A stretch of 34,247 nucleotides of DNA, taken from NCBI RefSeq assembly GCF_001194135.2, contig NC_068989.1, positions 65,555,441 to 65,589,687 of the forward strand. Direction: 5' to 3'. The translations under genes and the position numbers were made by a program. Positions 1 through 10,924 of the stretch are shown in pieces; the stretch's first letter is position 1; each line of letters starts with the position of its first letter. The notes under the pieces are model-generated. The model ran no database searches. It saw nothing but the letters and a program-made list of their open reading frames with translations, and was not told the origin of the DNA. Origin of the DNA: Octopus bimaculoides. Its lineage: Eukaryota.

Positions 1-407
1 ATATATATATATATATAACGCTTACGGAATTCTAATTACTAACATAAATATCTTGAAAACTTGAGTAAGTATTGACCCTTGACTGGCAAACATGACAGCC
101 ATTTCTAAAAACATATGAATTAATATTGGAATGATATTTCTTTAAATTATCTCCCCTTTTCTTTGAGAGTCGTCCAAATACACCTGTAGATTTCTGCTTT
201 CTAATTAGAAGTATGAAGGAAACTTCAATTAGGATTTTTTCTTGTATGCAGCAAAACATAGATTATCCGTCATTGATCCATTCGAGTTATTGCTCTTGAT
301 TCGAAAAGTTTTTCATTTATGTAAAATATATTAGTCAAAAAGTACCAGTGACAATTTTTCTGTTAGTAAATATTAATGTTTTTCAACTGATCAACCAGGA
401 TTCAGTG

Positions 408-456
408 GACTCTGCTATGATAATGAGGCCTACTGGCCCGAAAAATGTTCAGAGTT
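408..456 (+). ncRNA. Degenerate minimal type I hammerhead-ribozyme-like motif
   Basis: GACTCTG (408-414) pairs with CAGAGTT (450-456) as stem I. GGCC-TACT-GGCC (427-438) forms stem II, followed by one extra C, GAAA (440-443) and AATGTT. The core reads CTATGATAATGA instead of CTGATGA. Confidence 0.4.
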
Positions 457-1196
457 GTTCCTTCTCTTCAAACAAGGATCAGATATTTTACCATATAACA
501 TAAAATTATTGGATTTTTAGAACCATGAACGTATCTGACGTCATTTTGGGTGTTTAATGCTGTTTTTTCAAATAGTATATAAAACAAAGTCCTCGAAAAC
601 GATCATATCGATCGTAATATGTTAGATCATACATAAAAACAAAAGAGAGGTATGAAAGCAAAATATATCTTATTCATATAATATAAACTACCTACAAAAA
701 ATTGGTTTGGAAGCTTTTTACCTGAGAAATTACGGTCGACATTTAATCATCGTCAACGTTCTTGTAAAGTATGAGGAAAATAACTGATATCTCTACGTTA
801 TATATTTCAAATATGATTTATACTGCGAAATATAAATATGATAATATGATTTACATTGCGAAATATAAATTTTTTTAAATTTTTATTTAGCCTCACATTG
901 GTTATCTTTTTTTCTTTAGATATTCTATTAAAAAAAAATTACAGCTAGTTTGGTCGATTTACTTCAGGATATAGCCCTATAATAACTGGTCATTACCGCT
1001 TAAAAGAAAATAGTATTGTTGGTCTTTCATACCACGACAATGGCATCGACGAAGAACAATGCGAAAAGCAAGTGGATTATCCTTTGAAATGAATTAGGGG
1101 AAATTGCAAAGATTGTTTGGATAATGTAACACCACTACACTTTATAGTATTGGTACTTTAGAAGAATAAGTCCTATCCAAGAACTGCCTGATTTAA

Positions 1197-1547
1197 AGGA
1201 TCATAATTACAACAATAAATGGAATTTTAGTACCTGTTGAAAACAGGGAACGGAACAACCCACCTAAGATCACAATAGAACATTACCGAAAGGATATAAT
1301 CGAAGAAATATCAAAGACAGGATTTGAAGAACATGCATGGTGTGATAAGATAAATTATATACAGATTTGGAATGAAGTTACCGTTATAGACGAGGAACTA
1401 CGGCAGAAAGTTTGGCAAATAAAAGGCATTATGTACAGAGTTGAAAATCAAATTAGTATGCTCAGAGCAAAATCCAAGCAAAATATGGCTGCTCATATGA
1501 ATTTAAATATCCTATTAATTGTCCATCTGGCTTACTACATAGCCTAG
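1197..1547 (+). other. Stop-free 116-codon frame with no upstream ATG; probable decayed TE/viral ORF or exon
   Basis: Manual translation: RIIITTINGILVPVENRERNNPPKITIEHYRKDIIEEISKTGFEEHAWCDKINYIQIWNEVTVIDEELRQKVWQIKGIMYRVENQISMLRAKSKQNMAAHMNLNILLIVHLAYYIA*. It is absent from the ORF track. No family recognised. Confidence 0.25.
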
Positions 1548-2714
1548 AGATATGTTGATATAGAAGAATAGGACACCAGAATATGACCAAGAATGAACAA
1601 ATCTAGACATAATGTAGAACAATGACATAAGCGACTGCAGATTAATAGTCCGGAAATGCTAATCTACCTTAAGACTAATTCATTTGAAATACGACATATG
1701 AAATTCTTTCATGCGTTGTTCAGTTTTCGTTTATGTGTCTTGTGGAATGGCGGTTATAGATATTAATCTATATAATTATTTTTATTTTATACCACAAGAT
1801 GCGAACAATCTCATTGTCAGTTACAGTATTCTGAGAAACCAATCGCTAGGTCACTGAAATTCTAACCGTATGATTAACAATGAGATGTACATAGCTTACT
1901 ATAGTGTAAAAATCTTGAGGGATTTCGCATGTAAAGCAGCGATGTTTGGTTTTTCTTACCCTCCTTTATATACTTCACAAACATTACTCGGTGTAAGAAA
2001 TGACATCCCCCCCCCGCACATACATACGCATATACATACACATACACGAGCGGCTCTCTCTCTGTATCGACGATGAGCTATTAGATGTTTAACTAATAAT
2101 ATTGCTATTCATGAAATTTAATCAAAGGTGGCTGAATGCCCATTTCATGAACACTGCAAGGCATGTTGTTCAACGCGTTAAGACATATAGACACATAGAC
2201 ACATACACAAAGAAGCACACTCACACAAATATATTGTATATCTTGTTTGAACACAAATGTGTTTCTCGTAGTACGGTTCGAAAAAAGAAGCATTTGAAAT
2301 TAAATAAAATCGATTTCCCGCGCGTGGAGGTGTCTGTGTGCAGGTGCGTGTGTGTGCGTGTGTTTGCATTTACATATATAAACAAGTATATAAACTCATA
2401 TCTTTCTGAGTATGTATATATATATATATGTATATATATATACATAAAGAGGGAGAGAGAAAGACTGATATATACTTTTATGTAAATCGTGGGATGAAAC
2501 ATGCATAGTTATATTTCGGGATAGTCTCAAATACAGACAAAATGGACTAAACATGACAGGTGGAGCCACGTAGGATTGAGAGTGACTGAAGTGACCACAG
2601 GATGTGTGATGAAAGATTTCAGACAAAGGACACTAAAATAAGAATAATAAAAAAGCTGAAGTGAAGAACGAGTATATAGTGTACAGTTCTATATCTAAGA
2701 GATGAGAAATTATG

Positions 2715-2873
2715 TACATTCTTTACATTTGACAGATATTTGTCCTCATCTTGTTTGTTGTTAACAACGTTTCGGTTGACATACCCTCCTGCCTTCATCA
2801 TGTGTCTTGGAGAAATTTCTAACCTGAGTTCTCATTCCTAAGGTATTTTTCGATGTTGTTGTTGTTGTTGTTG

Positions 2874-2947
<74 letters not shown>

Positions 2948-3009
2948 TAAGTCACTGCCTGGAATCGAACTCGGAATCTTGGGGTTATTAGTCTACGCTC
3001 TTAACCACT
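2715..3009 (-). mobile_element. tRNA-Ile-like SINE (family A) with internal (AAT)n(AAC)n array and hammerhead-like tail; 5'-truncated
   Basis: The minus strand AGTGGTTAAGAGCGTAGACTAATAACCCCAAGATTCCGAGTTCGATTCC resembles eukaryotic tRNA-Ile(AAU) with a B box. It is followed by a triplet array and a ~135-nt tail containing GACAC-ATGATGA...CCGAAACGTT. A homologous copy lies at 3011-3243. Confidence 0.75.
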
Positions 3010-3010
3010 T

Positions 3011-3065
3011 AAGTTCGATTCCAGGAAGTGACCTAAATAATAATAATAACAACAACAACAACAAC

Positions 3066-3119
<54 letters not shown>

Positions 3120-3243
3120 GACATCAAAAAATACCCTAGGAATGAAATCACAGATTCGAAACTTTCCTAGACACCTGATGAAGGCTGGAGGGTATATCAC
3201 CAAACAAGATGAGGACGAATATTCGTCAAATGTAAATAGAGTA
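3011..3243 (+). mobile_element. Second family A SINE copy, inverted and truncated at the B box
   Basis: AGTTCGATTCCAGGAAGTGACC, then (AAT)/(AAC)n, then CATCAAAAAATACCCTAGGAATG...GACACCTGATGAAGGCTGGAGGGTATATCA...CAAACAAGATGAGGAC...GTCAAATGTAAA. This is the diverged reverse complement of 2715-2970. Confidence 0.75.
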
Positions 3244-3293
3244 TATAGTGTGAGTTGTTACTTGGAAAAAATGCCCATCCCGAAACATACCAA

Positions 3294-3295
<2 letters not shown>

Positions 3296-3326
<31 letters not shown>

Positions 3327-3332
3327 GTGTGG

Positions 3333-3375
<43 letters not shown>
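3296..3375. repeat. (GT)n microsatellite
   Basis: Direct reading; two short GC interruptions. Confidence 0.95.
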
Positions 3376-3376
<1 letters not shown>

Positions 3377-4307
3377 TCATTTAAGATATGAATATATCCA
3401 ATTATTTAACATTGTCAATGTCAATGTAAAGAAATATGAGACAAATATTTGAGACAGAAAACAGAAATAGGCCTACGCATTTAATTCATTCATAATAATG
3501 TTTCTTTTTTTTCTCTCTCTCTCTCTGAAAATCCTCTTATATAACTTTCGTAGTGTAACTAAAACTGATTATAGATAGCGCGAAATAAAAAAAATAATAA
3601 GATTCGTTTATGATTCTGCCATTCTGTCGAGAATTCTGGAACTCTAGGTTATATATTAGTTGTCTGTATTTTCGCTAAATCAATTCTAGAACCGAAATAA
3701 CCACAATCAACGCACCAATCTTTCACATTCACGATCTGCATACCACAGCAGTTTTATATACTAAGATAATTCTTCTTATCTTTCGTTGCGATAGCTATAT
3801 CAATCAGAAGCCATCTTTGTTTTATATTTTTCTTCATCACCATCATCAACATCATCATTATCATTCTTAATTCTTATTAAAATCATTATTATTATTATTT
3901 TGCATTGGCGCTGTTTGTCAAAAACTCAAGGGAAAATTTTATTTCCTGTTTAGAGTAAACAAACGTTCCATACACAATATGGCGTCGTTGACATTAAGTA
4001 GAATTACAATTTTACGTGCTTCTACCATTAGTTTTATATCTATATTAAGTGTTATTGTTTGAATGTTGTTTATTTAACCCCTCATTACATCTTACGAAAC
4101 AAACGTATGATTAAATCGTTCCGACTATGACCATCCCATGTTACGTTTAGACACGTATTCATTTTGTCCTCCCTAATATGAGAGCAGGACATGGGGAAAT
4201 TATTTGACTTTTCTTCCAAGGTTGTCATAAAATTGCTAATATTTCGACTCTTCATATCTATTAGCTTGCGCAAAATTTAAAAATCATTCTTATTATCTCT
4301 GTGGTGA

Positions 4308-4528
4308 CAGCGGCGAGCTGACGGAATCGTTAGAACGCTGGAGGCAATGCTTAGCGGTATTTCACCCGTCGCTAAGTTCTGAGTTCAAATTCCGCCGAAG
4401 TCGGCGTTACCTTTCATCCTTTCGTAGTCGATAAGTTAAGTACCAGTTGATCACTGGCGTCGATGTAATCAACTAGTCCTCTCCCACAAAATGTCAGGCT
4501 TTGTGCCTATAGTAGGGAAGATTATTAT
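4308..4528 (+). mobile_element. tRNA-derived SINE (family B), near full length, flanked by an 18-bp direct repeat
   Basis: Head GGCGAGCTGACGGAATCGTTAG, B box GAGTTCAAATTCC, central CCTTTCATCCTTTCGTAGTCGATAAGTTAAGTACCAG, tail ATTATTAT. TTATTATCTCTGTGGTGA occurs at both 4290-4307 and 4522-4539. Homologous to 10925-11104 and 17178-17385. Confidence 0.85.
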
Positions 4529-4540
4529 CTCTGTGGTGAG

Positions 4541-4700
4541 ATAAAGGGCGGGAGCTGGTAGAATCACTACGGAGCTGGTAGAATCGCTACAGAGGTCAAC
4601 ATTCATGCTTTCGATGCTCGATAAAATAAAATACTAGATGACTAAGCCACGCCTTCAAAATCCTGTTCCCTGTGCCTAAATCAGAAGATATTATTATCTC
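4541..4700 (+). mobile_element. Older, internally deleted family B SINE copy
   Basis: Head GGCGGGAGCTGGTAGAATC with a 20-bp tandem duplication, TCGATAAAATAAAATACTAG, and a tail TGTGCCTAAATCAGAAGATATTATTAT matching the end of the 4308 copy. Confidence 0.55.
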
Positions 4701-4713
4701 TACGAAGATGTAT

Positions 4714-4926
4714 CCCTTTAATATTCAATTCAGATTCTCTGTAAAAGGTAATGCTTTTTTATTTATATCATTTTGAATTAATCACGCTTTATTTCGTAGC
4801 TTCAAGATTTCGATTTTATGAATCTTATTTTCATAATGACATCGTTGAATAGATGTGAGAGGCCGATTTCAACATAAAACATGTAGAATATCTTAGTCGG
4901 AAATGGCTGGTTTAAATGCTAAAGCA
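4714..4926. mobile_element. Possible degenerate MITE with piggyBac-like CCCTTTA...TGCTAAAG ends
   Basis: The ends CCCTTTAATATT and AATGCTAAAGCA are weak inverted repeats (8/12). The internal sequence resembles an octopus MITE recalled from memory. TTAA target sites are not intact. Confidence 0.4.
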
Positions 4927-5000
4927 TTTAGCAGTACACATATAGTTGTGGTGCATGGAGAAATTCCGCTTAGTACAAATGTTATTTTTAATTTGACTTT

Positions 5001-5311
5001 GAGTGGTTTAGTGGTTAGGGTATTCGGTTGGCGATTGTAAGATTGTAAGGGCATGAATTCGAATCCTGGCAGCTCGTTGTGTCCTTAAACCAGAGACTTT
5101 ACCTCATATGGCTCCAGTCCACTCTGGGGACAAAAATGAGTTGTATCTGTAGTTCAATGACTCAGAATGTTATATCTGTAGTTCAGTGAGCCAGACTTTG
5201 CGTGTTACTCTGAGTCTTCTTGTGAACTATGCTTGCACGTTTATGTCACAAGCAGGCTGATCCGTTGATCGAATCAACTGGAGCCCTTGTCGTCGCAACC
5301 GACGGAGTGTC
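5001..5311 (+). mobile_element. tRNA/CORE-type SINE (family C1), diverged
   Basis: A box TGGTTTAGTGG, B box GAATTCGAATCC, CORE-like TTGTGTCCTT...CTCCAGTCCACTC...AAAAATGAGT, and 3' end GTTGATCGAATCAACTGG...GTCGTCGCAACCGACGGAGTG. Colinear with the 11303-11624 copy. Confidence 0.8.
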
Positions 5312-5802
5312 AGTTGTATAGATCGTCTTATAGTTTCGATGTTTAAAAACATTGATCATGTCTTCACTTTCGTTCAATTGTTAATGTATTTACAAGATGA
5401 AAATTCGAACTAATGTTCAGATAAGGGAAACAGTTTTATAAATCCGTCATGTTGCGAATTTCTTGCTATTGACGTTGCTGTTGTTTATCACTAGATATCC
5501 TTCAGTGTACGGATTAGTGATCCAAAGTATGCCAGGCATTACGAACGTGTTATTAAAAGCAAGATGATATAATCTGAAGTAAATCTATTTGGAATTTCTA
5601 GCAAACAGAACGGCCACATGCAGGCATGTTGGTTGCTTCTTTCTAAGTATCTGCCAAGAAGTGATAACTATTCCAACTATTACATTCCATCTTACATATT
5701 TGTACGGACATTAAACACCATTATTATCAAGGGGATACTTATTAGAATCAATAGAGCGGAGGACGAAAGGCCTTGTGGCATTATATATCTTCCTTTTCAC
5801 AT

Positions 5803-5895
5803 TTCTAATTCTACCGTGGTTAAAGTTAGACGTCACTTTTTCCGGGATCGATTGAATAAGTACTAGTCAAGTACTGGAATCGATTAGCTCAGCTA
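5803..5895 (+). mobile_element. Highly decayed family B SINE central fragment
   Basis: CGGGATCGATTGAATAAGTACTAGTCAAGTACTGGAATCGAT resembles the GTCGATAA...AAGTACCAG...ACTGG.GTCGAT core of the 4308 copy. Confidence 0.35.
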
Positions 5896-6356
5896 AACAC
5901 TTTCTGTAAAATATATGCCTTTGGGCTTAACTTAAAAACTAATAATCACTGTTCCAAGTTGAAACTGTTGTTGTAGATACTGCTGTCGATGCTTAAGCTT
6001 CATAGAGCAATTAGATTTGATAACGATGGTTTATCGTGTATGTTTTTGTATATTTTGCAGGAAACGACATGTAGATAGTCTAAAGTAGAAAAGATGTGTG
6101 CATAGTATGACACTTCCTTCAACATATAATCAAACCTTTGGCATACAACACTCAAATTAAAAGCATTCTTGCAGAAAGAAAATTATGAGAATATGTAGAA
6201 GCATCGTCTTACATGTAAGTTCTAAGACAGCACGAATTCTCACTTGTTATATACTACACACATTTTATTATTTTTTTAAATCTCAGTCACCTGAGTTCTT
6301 TACAGATTTACTCTCATATTATGAGGAGTTTAATCGGATTAGCAAACAGGGAAACT

Positions 6357-6407
<51 letters not shown>

Positions 6408-6436
6408 AGTTGCTGCTGCTGCTGCTGCCGCTGCCG

Positions 6437-6504
<68 letters not shown>

Positions 6505-6520
6505 GTTGCTACTACTGCTG
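6357..6520. repeat. Compound (TAC)n(TGC)n(TAC)n microsatellite
   Basis: Direct reading; it generates the poly-L/Y/V/C ORFs in the track. Confidence 0.95.
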
Positions 6521-6799
6521 ATGATGTTGATGTCATTATTAAGGAAATTTACTTAAGAATATTGATGTTACTACATGAGAGTGGTGATAAAGATTTTGTT
6601 GTGAAATAAAGAATTATATAAAATATGTCTAAGCCCACAGAAGCCCACACACATACAGAAACGCACACACATTTACATATATATATATATATATATTTAG
6701 ACACACACATACACACACACGCACACACACACACACACACACATACCTCCTTTTTACATACACACACATTTATGGAGCCATAGTAGATATAGCGGAGGT

Positions 6800-7243
6800 N
6801 NNNNNNNNNNNNNNNNNNNNNNNNNNNNNNNNNNNNNNNNNNNNNNNNNNNNNNNNNNNNNNNNNNNNNNNNNNNNNNNNNNNNNNNNNNNNNNNNNNNN
6901 NNNNNNNNNNNNNNNNNNNNNNNNNNNNNNNNNNNNNNNNNNNNNNNNNNNNNNNNNNNNNNNNNNNNNNNNNNNNNNNNNNNNNNNNNNNNNNNNNNNN
7001 NNNNNNNNNNNNNNNNNNNNNNNNNNNNNNNNNNNNNNNNNNNNNNNNNNNNNNNNNNNNNNNNNNNNNNNNNNNNNNNNNNNNNNNNNNNNNNNNNNNN
7101 NNNNNNNNNNNNNNNNNNNNNNNNNNNNNNNNNNNNNNNNNNNNNNNNNNNNNNNNNNNNNNNNNNNNNNNNNNNNNNNNNNNNNNNNNNNNNNNNNNNN
7201 NNNNNNNNNNNNNNNNNNNNNNNNNNNNNNNNNNNNNNNNNNN
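6800..7243. other. Assembly gap (others at 9781-10223, 12899-13588, 21731-22724, 23325-23452, 31114-31340)
   Basis: Runs of N, mostly abutting (TA)n or other microsatellites. Confidence 1.
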
Positions 7244-8420
7244 TATATATATATATATATATATATATATGGAAAGAAGAGATGTATTCCCACACAGGAA
7301 GAAAGATAGCGTTCTAAAAGAGAGGAAAATCTGATATAACTGAACAAATAGATAAAAAAAAATTCGGTCAATGCAATATTGAACGTCGTCCCGTTGCATG
7401 GCTGCATTCCAGTGAGCGAAACCATTTGATGTTTAAAAGAGTAATTTACCTAAGGAGATATGTTTCAGAAATCAATATTGTATTGAATCTACACAAGAAT
7501 AACAACACCAGATACGAATTATATTTAGGCTAAATTTTTCTCGAGATAATTACTACAGAAAATACATGTTACGTCTGCTTTCCTGGAATATTTTAGAACA
7601 TATTAATGGCATTGAATACGTTAAAAACTATGATAATTTGCCAATTCCTCATTATAATAGGTTTCTATCCGAATGTGATTAGCTTCAATGGTTTATGGAT
7701 TACTCATTTGGTATTTAGTCTGACATTCGTAGGAGACTAGAAAGTAGTCAGCTAGATGACAGGGTGTTTTTCGGTACTTATTTACTGAAGGAAAAATAAC
7801 TAGCATATCCTTTAGTAAGAACTCTCCTGAAAACAACCGTTTCAGCCACAACACATTCCTTATAAATATTTGCATTTTTTGGGAGAAGATACAGCGTTAT
7901 AGTGCTCCGTTTGAGTTTTCTAGGCTCATGCAGATATCACATATGGCGACTATTCTATTCTCATCTGAAATTTGTCCATGGGCCTAGACAAAATGAAAGC
8001 TCAAAACACCATTAACAATTACCAATTGATGATCATCTTCAGTGATTAATAATGAACAGTACCTATTTTGTAGCACCTATACATTGTCTTTTCCAGCTCT
8101 TCAACAACCGTTATATTAAAGTTTTCTCTAAGCTTATGTAAGCTGTTGAGATTAGTAACCTTGTTATGGTAATAATAAGGCAGTGTGCGTACTCAAGGGG
8201 GAGCAGCATATCTGAAAAAGGCTCTTAAAGTTTCACAGAGTCGAGATGTTTTTTCAGCAATAAAATATTGAAAGCAAGTACAACAAAATTGCTTGAATTT
8301 GAACAGAAAATTGTGTTATCAGTGAGTAGAATCGAGATGATGGTGTACGAAGGTCCGATATAATTTCATTATATAAGTTCTCCTGAAGTGCATGATCTGA
8401 AGCAGAAATCGAATTCATGG

Positions 8421-8470
8421 CATTGAGCAAGACACTTCATTTCACGTTTACTCCGCTGAAAATAAATATC
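8421..8470 (+). mobile_element. CORE-like SINE fragment
   Basis: TTGAGCAAGACACTTCATTTCACGTT matches TTGAGCAAGACACTTTATTCCACGTT in the 11303-11624 element. Confidence 0.45.
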
Positions 8471-10924
8471 AGCCGAGTGCTTGTAGAACTCATTCTCCTT
8501 CCAGCTTTGAAATCTAATATATGCCGCAGGGTCAATGGCTGTGAGAGTCGATAGGGTATCTAAACGTACTCACGACTGGCTAGTTATGTAAGTGCTCAAC
8601 GTTTTAAAAAATTTCCATATAAATTGAAAACAGAGGCTCTACTACATGCAAATATTAAAAAACGGGTAGGCGTTGGGTGGTATTAGAAAATATGGTTAAT
8701 AGGTTGTGTATGGTTGAAATAATGTGCTGAATTTTGTTATTGGGACGGGGAGCAATACATGGGAAGAGGATATTTCTAAAAAGCCATTCGGTGTAAGGGG
8801 ATGCAGAAATACAAATGGCTGAGAATCGCTGTTTATATAATTAATGTTATGTGTATTAATAGACCGTTTATCTAATTACATGATTACTGATTGCAATATA
8901 GAGTCAAAAATAAACATTAAAAACGAAACAGAAGAATATTAAAAAGGCATTGAAAGTAAGAGACACGCGTCGCCTCAACCAACCATTATCATGATTTTAT
9001 TAGAATTCAAAGCAAACGAGCACACAAACACAGAGAATGAAAGGGAAATATAGTTTTGAGCAAACTTGCAGTTCAGTTTATCTGTTAGCGAACCACATAG
9101 TAATATACAGATGCTTATTTTGATGAAACCCGTTTGGAAGAAAAGACAGATAATCAAAGCAGAACTGGTGAATAGCTGATAACATACATCATTTATGCAT
9201 CAATGACCCCGTGTTAAAAATATTCCATGTAGGTAACATAGCATGTTTGTATTCCTGAGAGACATATTGAAACAGTCGAATAAAATGATGCATTGCTACT
9301 TACTGAGTAAAAATAAATGTGTATGTAACGCAAAATAAAACCAAAATTATTTAGATAAGAAGTAGTTATCAAATTACAGCAAAGTATATATCTATATATT
9401 TTTTAATAAGTTAGTTATTTATAAGAAGGTAGATGTAGATTTGCAAAATATAATTGGAAATAGAACGACACACAGTTGGTGGTGCTTTAATCAATAAAAG
9501 TTTTATATGAGTACGTGCGTGTGTGTGTACATGTGTATATGAGTATTTGTATAAGTGAATACAGACACACACACATATATATATATATATATAAATATAC
9601 ATATCTATATATACACATATATATATTACATATATGTATATATATTATATATAATATATATATATATATGTGTATACATAAAAGAGTGGCAGGCGGAGGG
9701 TGGGGATTGAATGGAGGAAGATAGATGGGATGAGAGTGAAAGTGGAGAACAGAAAATACACACACCTACATATATACATANNNNNNNNNNNNNNNNNNNN
9801 NNNNNNNNNNNNNNNNNNNNNNNNNNNNNNNNNNNNNNNNNNNNNNNNNNNNNNNNNNNNNNNNNNNNNNNNNNNNNNNNNNNNNNNNNNNNNNNNNNNN
9901 NNNNNNNNNNNNNNNNNNNNNNNNNNNNNNNNNNNNNNNNNNNNNNNNNNNNNNNNNNNNNNNNNNNNNNNNNNNNNNNNNNNNNNNNNNNNNNNNNNNN
10001 NNNNNNNNNNNNNNNNNNNNNNNNNNNNNNNNNNNNNNNNNNNNNNNNNNNNNNNNNNNNNNNNNNNNNNNNNNNNNNNNNNNNNNNNNNNNNNNNNNNN
10101 NNNNNNNNNNNNNNNNNNNNNNNNNNNNNNNNNNNNNNNNNNNNNNNNNNNNNNNNNNNNNNNNNNNNNNNNNNNNNNNNNNNNNNNNNNNNNNNNNNNN
10201 NNNNNNNNNNNNNNNNNNNNNNNATATATATGCATAGATATATCTGCGTATGTTGGAATGTATGTGTGTCAGTGTGTGTGTGTGTAATTGTGTGTAAGCG
10301 TGTAATGCACACTCGTTCACATAGTCATATACAAAGGCACAGGAGAACGAAAGAGAAATAGACCAAGATAGACATTCTAATTGATTATTTTTTCACAGTA
10401 TACAGTTTATTTTTCGTTTTTATATTTCCATATATGTTATATCTTTTGCCTCCACTTTACCATATTATTTCAAAATGTAGAAATATATTTGAATATCTTA
10501 CTCATAGTTCGAGTGTGCTTTAACCATTTTGATGATGTTTTAAACAGCTGTTGTTCAACGATCTCTTTGTACGAATTAGTATAAGACGACACAGAGGGTT
10601 TCCTGTAGAATTGTCAACTGATCTACAAAGATCAAATATTTCAATGGCACTGCTACTTTCATCTATTCAAGCAACAAGTGTCTACTTGGTAAAATTTTAC
10701 GATCTTTAATCATCAGACTTTTCATTGATGTTTGATTCTATCAATATTCTCCTTAGCGTCATATGATTCGATAAGTTCTATCGCCGCTCGGCTTACTAGA
10801 AATTCCAACCAAATAACCTAAATTTCTAATTAACTGCCGAAAATAGGAGAATAAATAACATAGTTCTGCATACACCTAAAATGTTGTGATAACCACAGCA
10901 TTTTGATTTCACATTTTGACAGAA

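Noticed and set aside
138-161. 22/24 inverted match to 32793-32816 (GAAAAGGGGAGATAA.TT.AAGAA)
   Set aside because: No extension on either side; borderline for chance in AT-rich sequence.
811-870. 27-bp tandem duplication with 33-bp period
   Set aside because: Only two copies of AT-rich sequence; ordinary local duplication, not a CRISPR-like array.
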